A stretch of 64,000 bases of DNA from NCBI RefSeq assembly GCF_963921235.1, contig NC_086107.1:116066001-116130000 (forward strand). The letters are read 5' to 3'. Positions within the stretch are counted from its first letter, which is position 1. Each line of letters opens with the position of its first letter. The notes under the pieces were generated by a model. That model was given only the letters and a program-made list of their open reading frames with translations. It made no database searches and had not been told where the DNA came from. Below, piece by piece: positions 28,301 to 43,300 of this stretch. The DNA comes from Mobula hypostoma (Eukaryota). A program made the position numbers and the translations under genes.

Positions 28301-31300
28301 CATCACACTCAGACAGAATCTCCCTCCACGCCGTCCCATGACACTCAGAGAGAATCTCCCTCCACGCCGTCCCATGACACTCAGAGAGAATCTCCCTCCA
28401 CGCCATCCCATCACACTCAGAGAGAATCTCCCTCCACACCGTCCCATCACACTCACAGAGAATCTCCCTCCACACCGTCCCATCACACTCAGAGAGAATC
28501 TCCCTCCACACCGTCCCATCAGTCAGAGAGAATCTCCCTCCACACCGTCCCATCACACTCAGAGAGAATCTCCCTCCACACCGTCCCATCACACTCAGAG
28601 AGAATCTCCTTCCACGCCGTCCCATCACACTCAGAAAGAATCTCCTTCCACACCGTCCCATCACACTCAGAGAGAATCTCCCTCCACACCGTCACATCAC
28701 ACTCAAGAGAGAATCTCCCTCCACACCGTCCCATCACACTCAGAGAGAATCTCCGTCCACACCATCCCATCACTCACGAATCTCCCTCCACACCGTCCAA
28801 TCACACTCAGAGAGAATCTCCCTCCACACCGTCCCATCACACTCAGAGAGAATCTCCCACCACACCGTCCCATCACACTCAGAGAGAATCTCCCTCCACA
28901 CCATCCCATCACTCAGAATCTCCCTCCACACCGTCCCATCACACTCAGAGAGAATCTCCCTCCACGCCATCACATCACACTCAGAGAGAATCTCCCTCCA
29001 CGCCGTCCCATCACACTCAGAGAGAATCTCCCTCCGCGCCGTCCCATCACACTCACGAGAGAATCTCCCTCCACGCCGTCCCATGACACTCAGAGAGAAT
29101 CTACCTCCACGCCGTCCCATCACACTCAGAGAGAATCTCCCTCCACACCGTCCCATCACTCAGAGAGAATCTCCCTCCACGCCGTCCCATCACACTCAGA
29201 GAGAATCTCCGTCCACACCATCCCATCACTCACGAATCTCCCTCCACACCGTCCAATCACACTCAGAGAGAATCTCCCTCCACACCGTCCCATCACACTC
29301 AGAGAGAATCTCCCACCACACCGTCCCATCACACTCAGAGAGAATCTCCCTCCACACCATCCCATCACTCAGAATCTCCCTCCACACCGTCCCATCACAC
29401 TCAGAGAGAATCTCCCTCCACGCCATCACATCACACTCAGAGAGAATCTCCCTCCACGCCGTCCCATCACACTCAGAGAGAATCTCCCTCCGCGCCGTCC
29501 CATCACACTCACGAGAGAATCTCCCTCCACGCCGTCCCATGACACTCAGAGAGAATCTACCTCCACGCCGTCCCATCACACTCAGAGAGAATCTCCCTCC
29601 ACACCGTCCCATCACTCAGAGAGAATCTCCCTCCACGCCGTCCCATCAGTCAGAGAGAATCTCCCTCCACACCGTCCCGTCACACTCAGAGAGTGTCTCC
29701 CTCCACACCGTCCCATCACACTCAGAGAGAATCTCCCTCCACGCAGTCCCATCACACTCAGAGAGAATCTCCCTCCACACCGTCCCATCACACTCAGAGA
29801 GAATCTCCCTCCACGCCGTCCCATCACACTCAGAGAGAATCTCCCTCCACGCCATCCCATCACACTCAGAGAGAATCACCCTCCACGCCGTCCCATCACA
29901 CTCAGAGAGAATCTCCCTCCACACCGTCCCATCACAGTCAGAGAGAATCTCCCTCCACACTGACCCATCACACTCAGAGAGAATCTCCCTCCACACCGTC
30001 CCATCACTCAGAATCTCCCTCCACACCGTACCATTACACTCAGAGAGAATCTCCCTCCTCGCCGTCCCATCACTCAAAATCTCCCACCACACCGTCCCAT
30101 TACACTCAGAGAGAATGTCCCTCCTCGCCGTCGCATCACTCAGAATCTGCCTCCACACCGTCCCATTACACTCAGAGAAAATCTCCCTCCACACCGTCCC
30201 ATCACAGTCAGAGAGAATCTCCCTCCACACCGTCACATCACACTCAGAGAGAATCTCCCTCCACACCGTCCCATCACACTCAGAGAGAATCTCCCTCCAC
30301 ACCGTCCCATCACACTCAGAGAGAATCTCCCTCCACACCGTCCCATCACTCAGAATCTCCCTCCACACCGTCCCATCACTCAGAATCTCCCTCCACGCCG
30401 TCCCATCACACTCACGAGAGAATCTCCCTCCACACCGTCCCATGACACTCAGAGAGAATCTCCCTCCACGCAGTCCCATCACACTCAGAGAGAATCTCCC
30501 TCCACGCCGTCCCATCACACTCAGAATTTCCCTGCACGCCGTCCCATCACACTCAGAGAGAATCTCCCTCCACAACGTCCCATCACACTCAGAGAGAATC
30601 TCCCTCCACACCGTCCCATTACACTCAGAGAGAATCTCCTTCCACGCCGTCCCATCACACTCAGAGCGAATCTCCCTCCACGCCGTCCCATCACAGTCAG
30701 AATCTCCCTCCAAACTGTCCCATTACACTCAGAGAAAATCTCCCTCCACACCATCCCATCACTCAGAATCTCCCTCCACACTGTCCAATCACACTCAGAG
30801 AGAATCTCCCTCCACACCGTCCCATCACACTGAGAGAGAATCTCCCTCCACGCCGTCACATCACACTCAGAGAGAATCTCCCTCCACGCCGTCCCATCAC
30901 ACTCAGAGAGAATCGCCCTCCACACCGTCCCATCACACTCAGAGAGAATCTCCCTCCACACCGTCCCATCACTCAGAATCTCCCTCCACACCGTCCCATC
31001 ACTCAGAATCTCCCTCCACGCCGTCCCATCACACTCACGAGAGAATCTCCCTCCACACCGTCCCATGACACTCAGAGAGAATCTCCCTCCACGCAGTCCC
31101 ATCACACTCAGAGAGAATCTCCCTCCACGCCGTCCCATCACACTCAGAGCGAATCTCCCTCCACGCCGTCCCATCACACTCACAGAGAATCTCCCTCCAC
31201 AACGTCCCATCACACTCAGAGAGAATCTCCCTCCACGCCGTCCCATCACACTCAGAGAGAATCTCCCTCCACGCCGTCCCATCACACTCAGAGAGAATCT

Positions 31301-34300
31301 CCCTCCACACCGTCCCATCACGTAGAGAGAATCTCCCTCCATGCCGTCCCATCAGTCAGAGAGAATCTCTCTCTACACCGTCCCATCACACTCAGAGAGA
31401 ATCTCCCTCCACGCCGTCCCATCACACTCAGAGAGAATCTCCCTCCACACCGTCCCATCACACTCAGACAGCATCTCCCTCCACGCCGTCCCATGACACT
31501 CAGAGAGAATCTCCCTCCACACCGTCCCATTACACTCAGAGAGAATCTCCCTCCACGCCGTCCCATCACACTCAGAGAGAATCTCCCTCCACACCGTCCC
31601 ATCACACTCACAGAGAATCTCCCTCCACACCGTCCCATCACACTCAGAGAGAATCACCCTCCATACCGTCCCATCAGTCAGAGAGAATCTCCCTCCACAC
31701 CGTCCCATCACAGTCAGAGAGAATCTCCCTCCACACCGTCCCATCACACTCAGAGAGAATCTCCTTCCACGCCATCCCATCACACTCAGAGAGAATCTCC
31801 CTCCACACCGTCCCATTACACTCAGAGAGAATCTCCTTCCACGCCGTCCCATCACACTCAGAGCGAATCTCCCTCCACACCGTCCCATCACAGTCAGAAT
31901 CTCCCTCCAAACTGTCCCATTACACTCAGAGAAAATCTCCCTCCACACCATCCCATCACTCAGAATCTCCCTCCACACCGTCCAATCACACTCAGAGAGA
32001 ATCTCCCTCCACACCGTCCCATCACACTGAGAGAGAATCTCCCTCCACGCCGTCACATCACACTCAGAGAGAATCTCCCTCCACGCCGTCCCATCACACT
32101 CAGAGAGAATCTCCCTCCACGCCGTCCCAACACACTCACGAGAGAATCTCCCTCCACGCCGTCCCATGACACTCAGAGAGAACCTACCTCCACGCCGTCC
32201 CATCACACTCAGAGAGAATCTCCCTCCACACCGTCCCATCACTCAGAGAGAATCTCCCTCCACGCCGTCCCATCAGTCAGAGAGAATCTCCCTCCACACC
32301 GACCCGTCACACTCAGAGAGAATCTCCCTCCACACCGTCCCATGACACTCAGAGAGAATCTCCCTCCACGCCGTCCCATCACAGTCAGAGAGAATCTCCC
32401 TCCACACCGTCCCATCACACTCAGAGAGAATCTCCCTCCACGCCGTCCCATCACACTCAGAGAGAATCTCCCTCCACGCCGTCCCATCACACTCAGAGAG
32501 AATCTCCCTCCACGCCGTCCCATCACACTCAGAGAGAATCTCCCTCCACGCCGTCCCATCACACTCAGAGAGAATCTCCCTCCACGCCGTCCCATCACAC
32601 TCAGAGAGAATCTCCCTCCACGCCGTCCCATCACACTCAGAGAGAATCTCCCTCCACGCCGTCCCATCACACTCAGACAGAATCTCCCTCCACGCCGTCC
32701 CATGACACTCAGAGAGAATCTCCCTCCACGCCGTCCCATGACACTCAGAGAGAATCTCCCTCCACGCCGTCCCATCACACTCAGAGAGAATCTCCCTCCA
32801 CACCGTCCCATCACACTCAGAGAGAATCTCCCTCCACACCGTCCCATCACACTCAGAGAGAATCTCCCTCCACACCGTCCCATCAGTCAGAGAGAATCTC
32901 CCTCCACACCGTCCCATCACACTCAGAGAGAATCTCCCTCCACACCGTCCCATCACACTCAGAGAGAATCTCCTTCCACGCCGTCCCATCACACTCAGAA
33001 AGAATCTCCTTCCACACCGTCCCATCACACTCAGAGAGAATCTCCCTCCACACCGTCACATCACACTCAGAGAGAATCTCCCTCCACACCGTCCCATCAC
33101 ACTCAGAGAGAATCTCCGTCCACACCATCCCATCACTCACGAATCTCCCTCCACACCGTCCAATCACTCTCAGAGAGAATCTCCCTCCACCCCGTCCCAT
33201 CACACTCAGAGACAATCTCCCTCCACACCGTCCCATCACACTCAGAGAGAATCTCCCACCACACCGTCCCATCACACTCAGAGAGAATCTCCCTCCACAC
33301 CATCCCATCACTCAGAATCTCCCTCCACACCGTCCCATCACACACAGAGAGAATCTCCCTCCACGCCATCACATCACACTCAGAGAGAATCTCCCTCCAC
33401 GCCGTCCCATCACACTCAGAGAGAATCTCCCTCCGCGCCGTCCCATCACACTCACGAGAGAATCTCCCTCCACGCCGTCCCATGACACTCAGAGAGAATC
33501 TACCTCCACGCCGTCCCATCACACTCAGAGAGAATCTCCCTCCACACCGTCCCATCACTCAGAGAGAATCTCCCTCCACGCCGTCCCATCAGTCAGAGAG
33601 AATCTCCCTCCACACCGTCCCGTCACACTCAGAGAGTGTCTCCCTCCACACCGTCCCATCACACTCAGAGAGAATCTCCCTCCACGCTGTCCCATCACAC
33701 TCAGAGAGAATCTCCCTCCACACCGTCCCATCACACTCAGAGAGAATCTCCCTCCACGCCGTCCCATCACACTCAGAGAGAATCTCCCTCCACGCCATCC
33801 CATCACACTCAGAGAGAATCACCCTCCACGCCGTCCCATCACACTCAGAGAGAATCTCCCTCCACACCGTCCCATCACAGTCAGAGAGAATCTCCCTCCA
33901 CACTGACCCATCACACTCAGAGAGAATCTCCCTCCACACCGTCCCATCACTCAGAATCTCCCTCCACACCGTACCATTACACTCAGAGAGAATCTCCCTC
34001 CTCGCCGTCCCATCACTCAGAATCTCCCACCACACCGTCCCATTACACTCAGAGAGAATGTCCCTCCTCGCCGTCGCATCACTCAGAATCTGCCTCCACA
34101 CCGTCCCATTACACTCAGAGAAAATCTCCCTCCACACCGTCACATCACACTCAGAGAGAATCTCCCTCCACACCGTCCCATCACACTCAGAGAGAATCTC
34201 CCTCCACACCGTCCCATCACACTCACAGAGAATCTCCCTCCACACCGTCCCATCACACTCAGAGAGAATCACCCTCCATACCGTCCCATCAGTCAGAGAG

Positions 34301-37300
34301 AATCTCCCTCCACACCGTCCCATCACACTCAGAGAGAATCTCCCTCCACACCGTCCCATCACACTCAGAGAGAATCTCCTTCCACGCCATCCCATCACAC
34401 TCAGAGAGAATCTCCCTCCACACCGTCCCATTACACTCAGAGAGAATCTCCTTCCACGCCGTCCCATCACACTCAGAGCGAATCTCCCTCCACACCGTCC
34501 CATCACAGTCAGAATCTCCCTCCAAACTGTCCCATTACACTCAGAGAAAATCTCCCTCCACACCATCCCATCACTCAGAATCTCCCTCCACACTGTCCAA
34601 TCACACTCAGAGAGAATCTCCCTCCACACCGTCCCATCACACTGAGAGAGAATCTCCCTCCACGCCGTCACATCACACTCAGAGAGAATCTCCCTCCACG
34701 CCGTCCCATCACACTCAGAGAGAATCTCCCTCCACACCGTCCCATCACACTCAGAGAGAATCTCCCTCCACACCGTCCCATCACTCAGAATCTCCCTCCA
34801 CACCGTCCCATCACTCAGAATCTCTCTCCACGCCGTCCCATCACACTCACGAGAGAATCTCCCTCCACACCGTCCCATGACACTCAGAGAGAATCTCCCT
34901 CCACGCAGTCCCATCACACTCAGAGAGAATCTCCCTCCACGCCGTCCCATCACACTCAGAATTTCCCTCCACGCCGTCCCATCACACTCACAGAGAATCT
35001 CCCTCCACAACGTCCCATCACACTCAGAGAGAATCTCCCTCCACGCCGTCCCATCACACTCAGAGAGAATCTCCCTCCACGCCGTCCCATCACACTCAGA
35101 GAGAATCTCCCTCCACACCGTCCCATCACGTAGAGAGAATCTCCCTCCATGCCGTCCCATCAGTCAGAGAGAATCTCTCTCTACACCGTCCCATCACACT
35201 CAGAGAGAATCTCCCTCCACGCCGTCCCATCACACTCAGAGAGAATCTCCCTCCACGCCGTCCCAACACACTCACGAGAGAATCTCCCTCCACGCCGTCC
35301 CATGACACTCAGAGAGAACCTACCTCCACGCCGTCCCATCACACTCAGAGAGAATCTCCCTCCACACCGTCCCATCACACAGAGAGAATCTCCCTCCACG
35401 CCGTCCCATCAGTCAGAGAGAATCTCCCTCCACACCGACCCGTCACACTCAGAGAGAATCTCCCTCCACACCGTCCCATGACACTCAGAGAGAATCTCCC
35501 TCCACGCCGTCCCATCACAGTCAGAGAGAATCTCCCTCCACACCGTCCCATCACACTCAGAGAGAATCTCCCTCCACGCCGTCCCATCACACTCAGAGAG
35601 AATCTCCCTCCACGCCGTCCCATCACACTCAGAGAGAATCTCCCTCCACGCCGTCCCATCACACTCAGAGAGAATCTCCCTCCACGCCGTCCCATCACAC
35701 TCAGAGAGAATCTCCCTCCACGCCGTCCCATCACACTCAGAGAGAATCTCCCTCCACGCCGTCCCATCACACTCAGAGAGAATCTCCCTCCACGCCGTCC
35801 CATCACACTCAGACAGAATCTCCCTCCACGCCGTCCCATGACACTCAGAGAGAATCTCCCTCCACGCCGTCCCATGACACTCAGAGAGAATCTCCCTCCA
35901 CGCCGTCCCATCACACTCAGAGAGAATCTCCCTCCACACCGTCCCATCACACTCAGAGAGAATCTCCCTCCACACCGTCCCATCACACTCAGAGAGAATC
36001 TCCCTCCACACCGTCCCATCAGTCAGAGAGAATCTCCCTCCACACCGTCCCATCACACTAAGAGAGAATCTCCCTCCACACCGTCCCATCACACTCAGAG
36101 AGAATCTCCTTCCACGCCGTCCCATCACACTCAGAAAGAATCTCCTTCCACACCGTCCCATCACACTCAGAGAGAATCTCCCTCCACACCGTCACATCAC
36201 ACTCAGAGAGAATCTCCCTCCACACCGTCCCATCACACTCAGAGAGAATCTCCGTCCACACCATCCCATCACTCACGAATCTCCCTCCACACCGTCCAAT
36301 CACACTCAGAGAGAATCTCCCTCCACCCCGTCCCATCACACTCAGAGACAATCTCCCTCCACACCGTCCCATCACACTCAGAGAGAATCTCCCACCACAC
36401 CGTCCCATCACACTCAGAGAGAATCTCCCTCCACACCATCCCATCACTCAGAATCTTCCTCCACACCGTCCCATCACACACAGAGAGAATCTCCCTCCAC
36501 GCCATCACATCACACTCAGAGAGAATCTCCCTCCACGCCGTCCCATCACACTCAGAGAGAATCTCCCTCCGCGCCGTCCCATCACACTCACGAGAGAATC
36601 TCCCTCCACGCCGTCCCATGACACTCAGAGAGAATCTACCTCCACGCCGTCCCATCACACTCAGAGAGAATCTCCCTCCACACCGTCCCATCACTCAGAG
36701 AGAATCTCCCTCCACGCCGTCCCATCAGTCAGAGAGAATCTCCCTCCACACCGTCCCGTCACACTCAGAGAGTGTCTCCCTCCACACCGTCCCATCACAC
36801 TCAGAGAGAATCTCCCTCCACGCTGTCCCATCACACTCAGAGAGAATCTCCCTCCACACCGTCCCATCACACTCAGAGAGAATCTCCCTCCACGCCGTCC
36901 CATCACACTCAGAGAGAATCTCCCTCCACGCCATCCCATCACACTCAGAGAGAATCACCCTCCACGCCGTCCCATCACACTCAGAGAGAATCTCCCTCCA
37001 CACCGTCCCATCACAGTCAGAGAGAATCTCCCTCCACACTGACCCATCACACTCAGAGAGAATCTCCCTCCACACCGTCCCATCACACACAATCTCCCTC
37101 CACACCGTCCCATTACACTCAGAGAGAATCTCCCTCCTCGCCGTCCCATCACTCAGAATCTCCCACCACACCGTCCCATTACACTCAGAGAGAATGTCCC
37201 TCCTCGCCGTCGCATCACTCAGAATCTGCCTCCACACCGTCCCATTACACTCAGAGAAAATCTCCCTCCACACCGTCCCATCACAGTCAGAGAGAATCTC

Positions 37301-40300
37301 CCTCCACACCGTCACATCACACTCAGAGAGAATCTCCCTCCACACCGTCCCATCACACTCAGAGAGAATCTCCCTCCACACCGTCCCATCACACTCACAG
37401 AGAATCTCCCTCCACACCGTCCCATCACACTCAGAGAGAATCACCCTCCATACCGTCCCATCAGTCAGAGAGAATCTCCCTCCACACCGTCCCATCACAC
37501 TCAGAGAGAATCTCCCTCCACACCGTCCCATCACACTCAGAGAGAATCTCCTTCCACGCCATCCCATCACACTCAGAGAGAATCTCCCTCCACACCGTCC
37601 CATTACACTCAGAGAGAATCTCCTTCCACGCCGTCCCATCACACTCAGAGAGAATCTCCCTCCACACCGTCCCATCACAGTCAGAATCTCCCTCCAAACT
37701 GTCCCATTACACTCAGAGAAAATCTCCCTCCACACCATCCCATCACTCAGAATCTCCCTCCACACTGTCCAATCACACTCAGAGAGAATCTCCCTCCACA
37801 CCGTCCCATCACACTGAGAGAGAATCTCCCTCCACGCCGTCACATCACACTCAGAGAGAATCTCCCTCCACGCCGTCCCATCACACTCAGAGAGAATCTC
37901 CCTCCACACCATCCCATCACACTCAGAGAGAATCTCCCTCCACACCGTCCCATCACTCAGAATCTCCCTCCACACCGTCCCATCACTCAGAATCTCCCTC
38001 CACGCCGTCCCATCACACTCACGAGAGAATCTCCCTCCACACCGTCCCATGACACTCAGAGAGAATCTCCCTCCACGCAGTCCCATCACAGTCAGAGAGA
38101 ATCTCCCTCCACGCCGTCCCATCACACTCAGAATTTCCCTCCACGCCGTCCCATCACACTCACAGAGAATCTCCCTCCACAACGTCCCATCACACTCAGA
38201 GAGAATCTCCCTCCACGCCGTCCCATCACACTCAGAGAGAATCTCCCTCCACGCCGTCCCATCACACTCAGAGAGAATCTCCCTCCACACCGTCCCATCA
38301 CACTCACAGAGAATCTCCCTCCACACCGTCCCATCACACTCAGAGAGAATCACCCTCCATACCGTCCCATCAGTCAGAGAGAATCTCCCTCCACACCGTC
38401 CCATCACAGTCAGAGAGAATCTCCCTCCACACCGTCCCATCACACTCAGAGAGAATCTCCTTCCACGCCATCCCATCACACTCAGAGAGAATCTCCCTCC
38501 ACACCGTCCCATTACACTCAGAGAGAATCTCCTTCCACGCCGTCCCATCACACTCAGAGCGAATCTCCCTCCACACCGTCCCATCACAGTCAGAATCTCC
38601 CTCCAAACTGTCCCATTACACTCAGAGAAAATCTCCCTCCACACCATCCCATCACTCAGAATCTCCCTCCACACCGTCCAATCACACTCAGAGAGAATCT
38701 CCCTCCACACCGTCCCATCACACTGAGAGAGAATCTCCCTCCACGCCGTCACATCACACTCAGAGAGAATCTCCCTCCACGCCGTCCCATCACACTCAGA
38801 GAGAATCTCCCTCCACGCCGTCCCATCACACTCACGAGAGAATCTCCCTCCACGCCGTCCCATGACACTCAGAGAGAACCTACCTCCACGCCGTCCCATC
38901 ACACTCAGAGAGAATCTCCCTCCACACCGTCCCATCACTCAGAGAGAATCTCCCTCCACGCCGTCCCATCAGTCAGAGAGAATCTCCCTCCACACCGACC
39001 CGTCACACTCAGAGAGAATCTCCCTCCACACCGTCCCATGACACTCATAGAGAATCTCCCTCCACGCCGTCCCATCACAGTCAGAGAGAATCTCCCTCCA
39101 CACCGTCCCATCACACTCAGAGAGAATCTCCCTCCACGCCGTCCCATCACACTCAGAGAGAATCTCCCTCCACGCCGTCCCATCACACTCAGAGAGAATC
39201 TCCCTCCACGCCGTCCCATCACACTCAGAGAGAATCTCCCTCCACGCCGTCCCATCACACTCAGAGAGAATCTCCCTCCACGCCGTCCCATCACACTCAG
39301 AGAGAATCTCCCTCCACGCCGTCCCATCACACTCAGAGAGAATCTCCCTCCACGCCGTCCCATCACACTCAGAGAGAATCTCCCTCCACGCCGTCCCATC
39401 ACACTCAGAGAGAATCTCCCTCCACGCCGTCCCATCACACTCACGAGAGAATCTCCCTCCACACCGTCCCATGACACTCAGAGAGAATCTCCCTCCACGC
39501 AGTCCCATCACACTCAGAGCGAATCTCCCTCCACGCCGTCCCATCACACTCAGAATTTCCCTCCACGCCGTCCCATCACACTCACAGAGAATCTCCCTCC
39601 ACAACGTCCCATCACACTCAGAGAGAATCTCCCTCCACGCCGTCCCATCACACTCAGAGAGAATCTCCCTCCACGCCGTCCCATCACACTCAGAGAGAAT
39701 CTCCCTCCACACCGTCCCATCACGTAGAGAGAATCTCCCTCCATGCTGTCCCATCAGTCAGAGAGAATCTCTCTCTACACCGTCCCATCACACTCAGAGA
39801 GAATATCCCTCCACACCGTCCCATCACACTCAGACAGAATCTCCCTCCACGCCGTCCCATGACACTCAGAGAGAATCTCCCTCCACACCGTCCCATTACA
39901 CTCAGAGAGAATCTCCCTCCACGCCGTCCCATCACACTCAGAGAGAATCTCCCTCCACACCGTCCCATCACACTCACAGAGAATCTCCCTCCACACCGTC
40001 CCATCACACTCAGAGAGAATCACCCTCCATACCGTCCCATCAGTCAGAGAGAATCTCCCTCCACACCGTCCCATCACACTCAGAGAGAATCTCCCTCCAC
40101 ACCGTCCCATCACACTCAGAGAGAATCTCCTTCCACGCCATCCCATCACACTCAGAGAGAATCTCCCTCCACACCGTCCCATTACACTCAGAGAGAATCT
40201 CCTTCCACGCCGTCCCATCACACTCAGAGCGAATCTCCCTCCACACCGTCCCATCACAGTCAGAATCTCCCTCCAAACTGTCCCATTACACTCAGAGAAA

Positions 40301-43300
40301 ATCTCCCTCCACACCATCCCATCACTCAGAATCTCCCTCCACACCGTCCAATCACACTCAGAGAGAATCTCCCTCCACACCGTCCCATCACACTGAGAGA
40401 GAATCTCCCTCCACGCCGTCACATCACACTCAGAGAGAATCTCCCTCCACGCCGTCCCATCACACTCAGAGAGAATCTCCCTCCACGCCGTCCCATCACA
40501 CTCACGAGAGAATCTCCCTCCACGCCGTCCCATGACACTCAGAGAGAACCTACCTCCACGCCGTCCCATCACACTCAGAGAGAATCTCCCTCCACACCGT
40601 CCCATCACTCAGAGAGAATCTCCCTCCACGCCGTCCCATCAGTCAGAGAGAATCTCCCTCCACACCGTCCCGTCACACTCAGAGAGAATCTCCCTCCACG
40701 CCGTCCCATCACACTCAGAGAGAATCTCCCTCCACGCCGTCCCATCACACTCAGAGAGAATCTCCCTCCACGCCGTCCCATCACACTCAGAGAGAATCTC
40801 CCTCCACGCCGTCCCATCACACTCAGAGAGAATCTCCCTCCACGCCGTCCCATCACACTCAGAGAGAATCTCCCTCCACGCCGTCCCATCACACTCAGAG
40901 AGAATCTCCCTCCACGCCGTCCCATCACACTCAGACAGAATCTCCCTCCACGCCGTCCCATGACACTCAGAGAGAATCTCCCTCCACGCCGTCCCATGAC
41001 ACTCAGAGAGAATCTCCCTCCACGCCGTCCCATCACACTCAGAGAGAATCTCCCTCCACACCGTCCCATCACACTCAGAGAGAATCTCCCTCCACACCGT
41101 CCCATCACACTCAGAGAGAATCTCCCTCCACACCGTCCCATCAGTCAGAGAGAATCTCCCTCCACACCGTCCCATCACACTCAGAGACAATCTCCCTCCA
41201 CACCGTCCCATCACACTCAGAGAGAATCTCCTTCCACGCCGTCCCATCACACTCAGAAAGAATCTCCTTCCACACCGTCCCATCACACTCAGAGAGAATC
41301 TCCCTCCACACCGTCACATCACACTCAGAGAGAATCTCCCTCCACACCGTCCCATCACACTCAGAGAGAATCTCCGTCCACACCATCCCATCACTCACGA
41401 ATCTCCCTCCACACCGTCCAATCACACTCAGAGAGAATCTCCCTCCACCCCGTCCCATCACACTCAGAGAGAATCTCCCTCCACACCGTCCCATCACACT
41501 CAGAGAGAATCTCCCACCACACCGTCCCATCACACTCAGAGAGAATCTCCCTCCACACCATCCCATCACTCAGAATCTCCCTCCACACCGTCCCATCACA
41601 CACAGAGAGAATCTCCCTCCACGCCATCACATCACACTCAGAGAGAATCTCCCTGCACGCCGTCCCATCACACTCAGAGAGAATCTCCCTCCGCGCCGTC
41701 CCATCACACTCACGAGAGAATCTCCCTCCACGCCGTCCCATGACACTCAGAGAGAATCTACCTCCACGCCGTCCCATCACACTCAGAGAATCTCCCTCCA
41801 CACCGTCCCATCACTCAGAGAGAATCTCCCTCCACGCCGTCCCATCAGTCAGAGAGAATCTCCCTCCACACCGTCCCGTCACACTCAGAGAGTGTCTCCC
41901 TCCACACCGTCCCATCACACTCAGAGAGAATCTCCCTCCACGCTGTCCCATCACACTCAGAGAGAATCTCCCTCCACACCGTCCCATCACACTCAGAGAG
42001 AATCTCCCTCCACGCCGTCCCATCACACTCAGAGAGAATCTCCCTCCACGCCATCCCATCACACTCAGAGAGAATCACCCTCCACGCCGTCCCATCACAC
42101 TCAGAGAGAATCTCCCTCCACACCGTCCCATCACAGTCAGAGAGAATCTCCCTCCACACTGACCCATCACACTCAGAGAGAATCTCCCTCCACACCGTCC
42201 CATCACTCAGAATCTCCCTCCACACCGTACCATTACACTCAGAGAGAATCTCCCTCCTCGCCGTCCCATCACTCAGAATCTCCCACCACACCGTCCCATT
42301 ACACTCAGAGAGAATGTCCCTCCTCGCCGTCGCATCACTCAGAATCTGCCTCCACACCGTCCCATTACACTCAGAGAAAATCTCCCTCCACACCGTCCCA
42401 TCACAGTCAGAGAGAATCTCCCTCCACACCGTCACATCACACTCAGAGAGAATCTCCCTCCACACCGTCCCATCACACTCAGAGAGAATCTCCCTCCACA
42501 CCGTCCCATCACACTCAGAGAGAATCTCCCTCCACACCGTCCCATCACTCAGAATCTCCCTCCACACCGTCCCATCACTCAGAATCTCCCTCCACGCCGT
42601 CCCATCACACTCACGAGAGAATCTCCCTCCACACCGTCCCATGACACTCAGAGAGAATCTCCCTCCACGCAGTCCCATCACACTCAGAGCGAATCTCCCT
42701 CCACGCCGTCCCATCACACTCAGAATTTCCCTCCACGCCGTCCCATCACACTCACAGAGAATCTCCCTCCACAACGTCCCATCACACTCAGAGAGAATCT
42801 CCCTCCACGCCGTCCCATCACACTCAGAGAGAATCTCCCTCCACGCCGTCCCATCACACTCAGAGAGAATCTCCCTCCACACCGTCCCATCACGTAGAGA
42901 GAATCTCCCTCCATGCTGTCCCATCAGTCAGAGAGAATCTCTCTCTACACCGTCCCATCACACTCAGAGAGAATATCCCTCCACACCGTCCCATCACACT
43001 CAGACAGAATCTCCCTCCACGCCGTCCCATGACACTCAGAGAGAATCTCCCTCCACACCGTCCCATTACACTCAGAGAGAATCTCCCTCCACGCCGTCCC
43101 ATCACACTCAGAGAGAATCTCCCTCCACACCGTCCCATCACACTCACAGAGAATCTCCCTCCACACCGTCCCATCACACTCAGAGAGAATCACCCTCCAT
43201 ACCGTCCCATCAGTCAGAGAGAATCTCCCTCCACACCGTCCCATCACACTCAGAGAGAATCTCCCTCCACACCGTCCCATCACACTCAGAGAGAATCTCC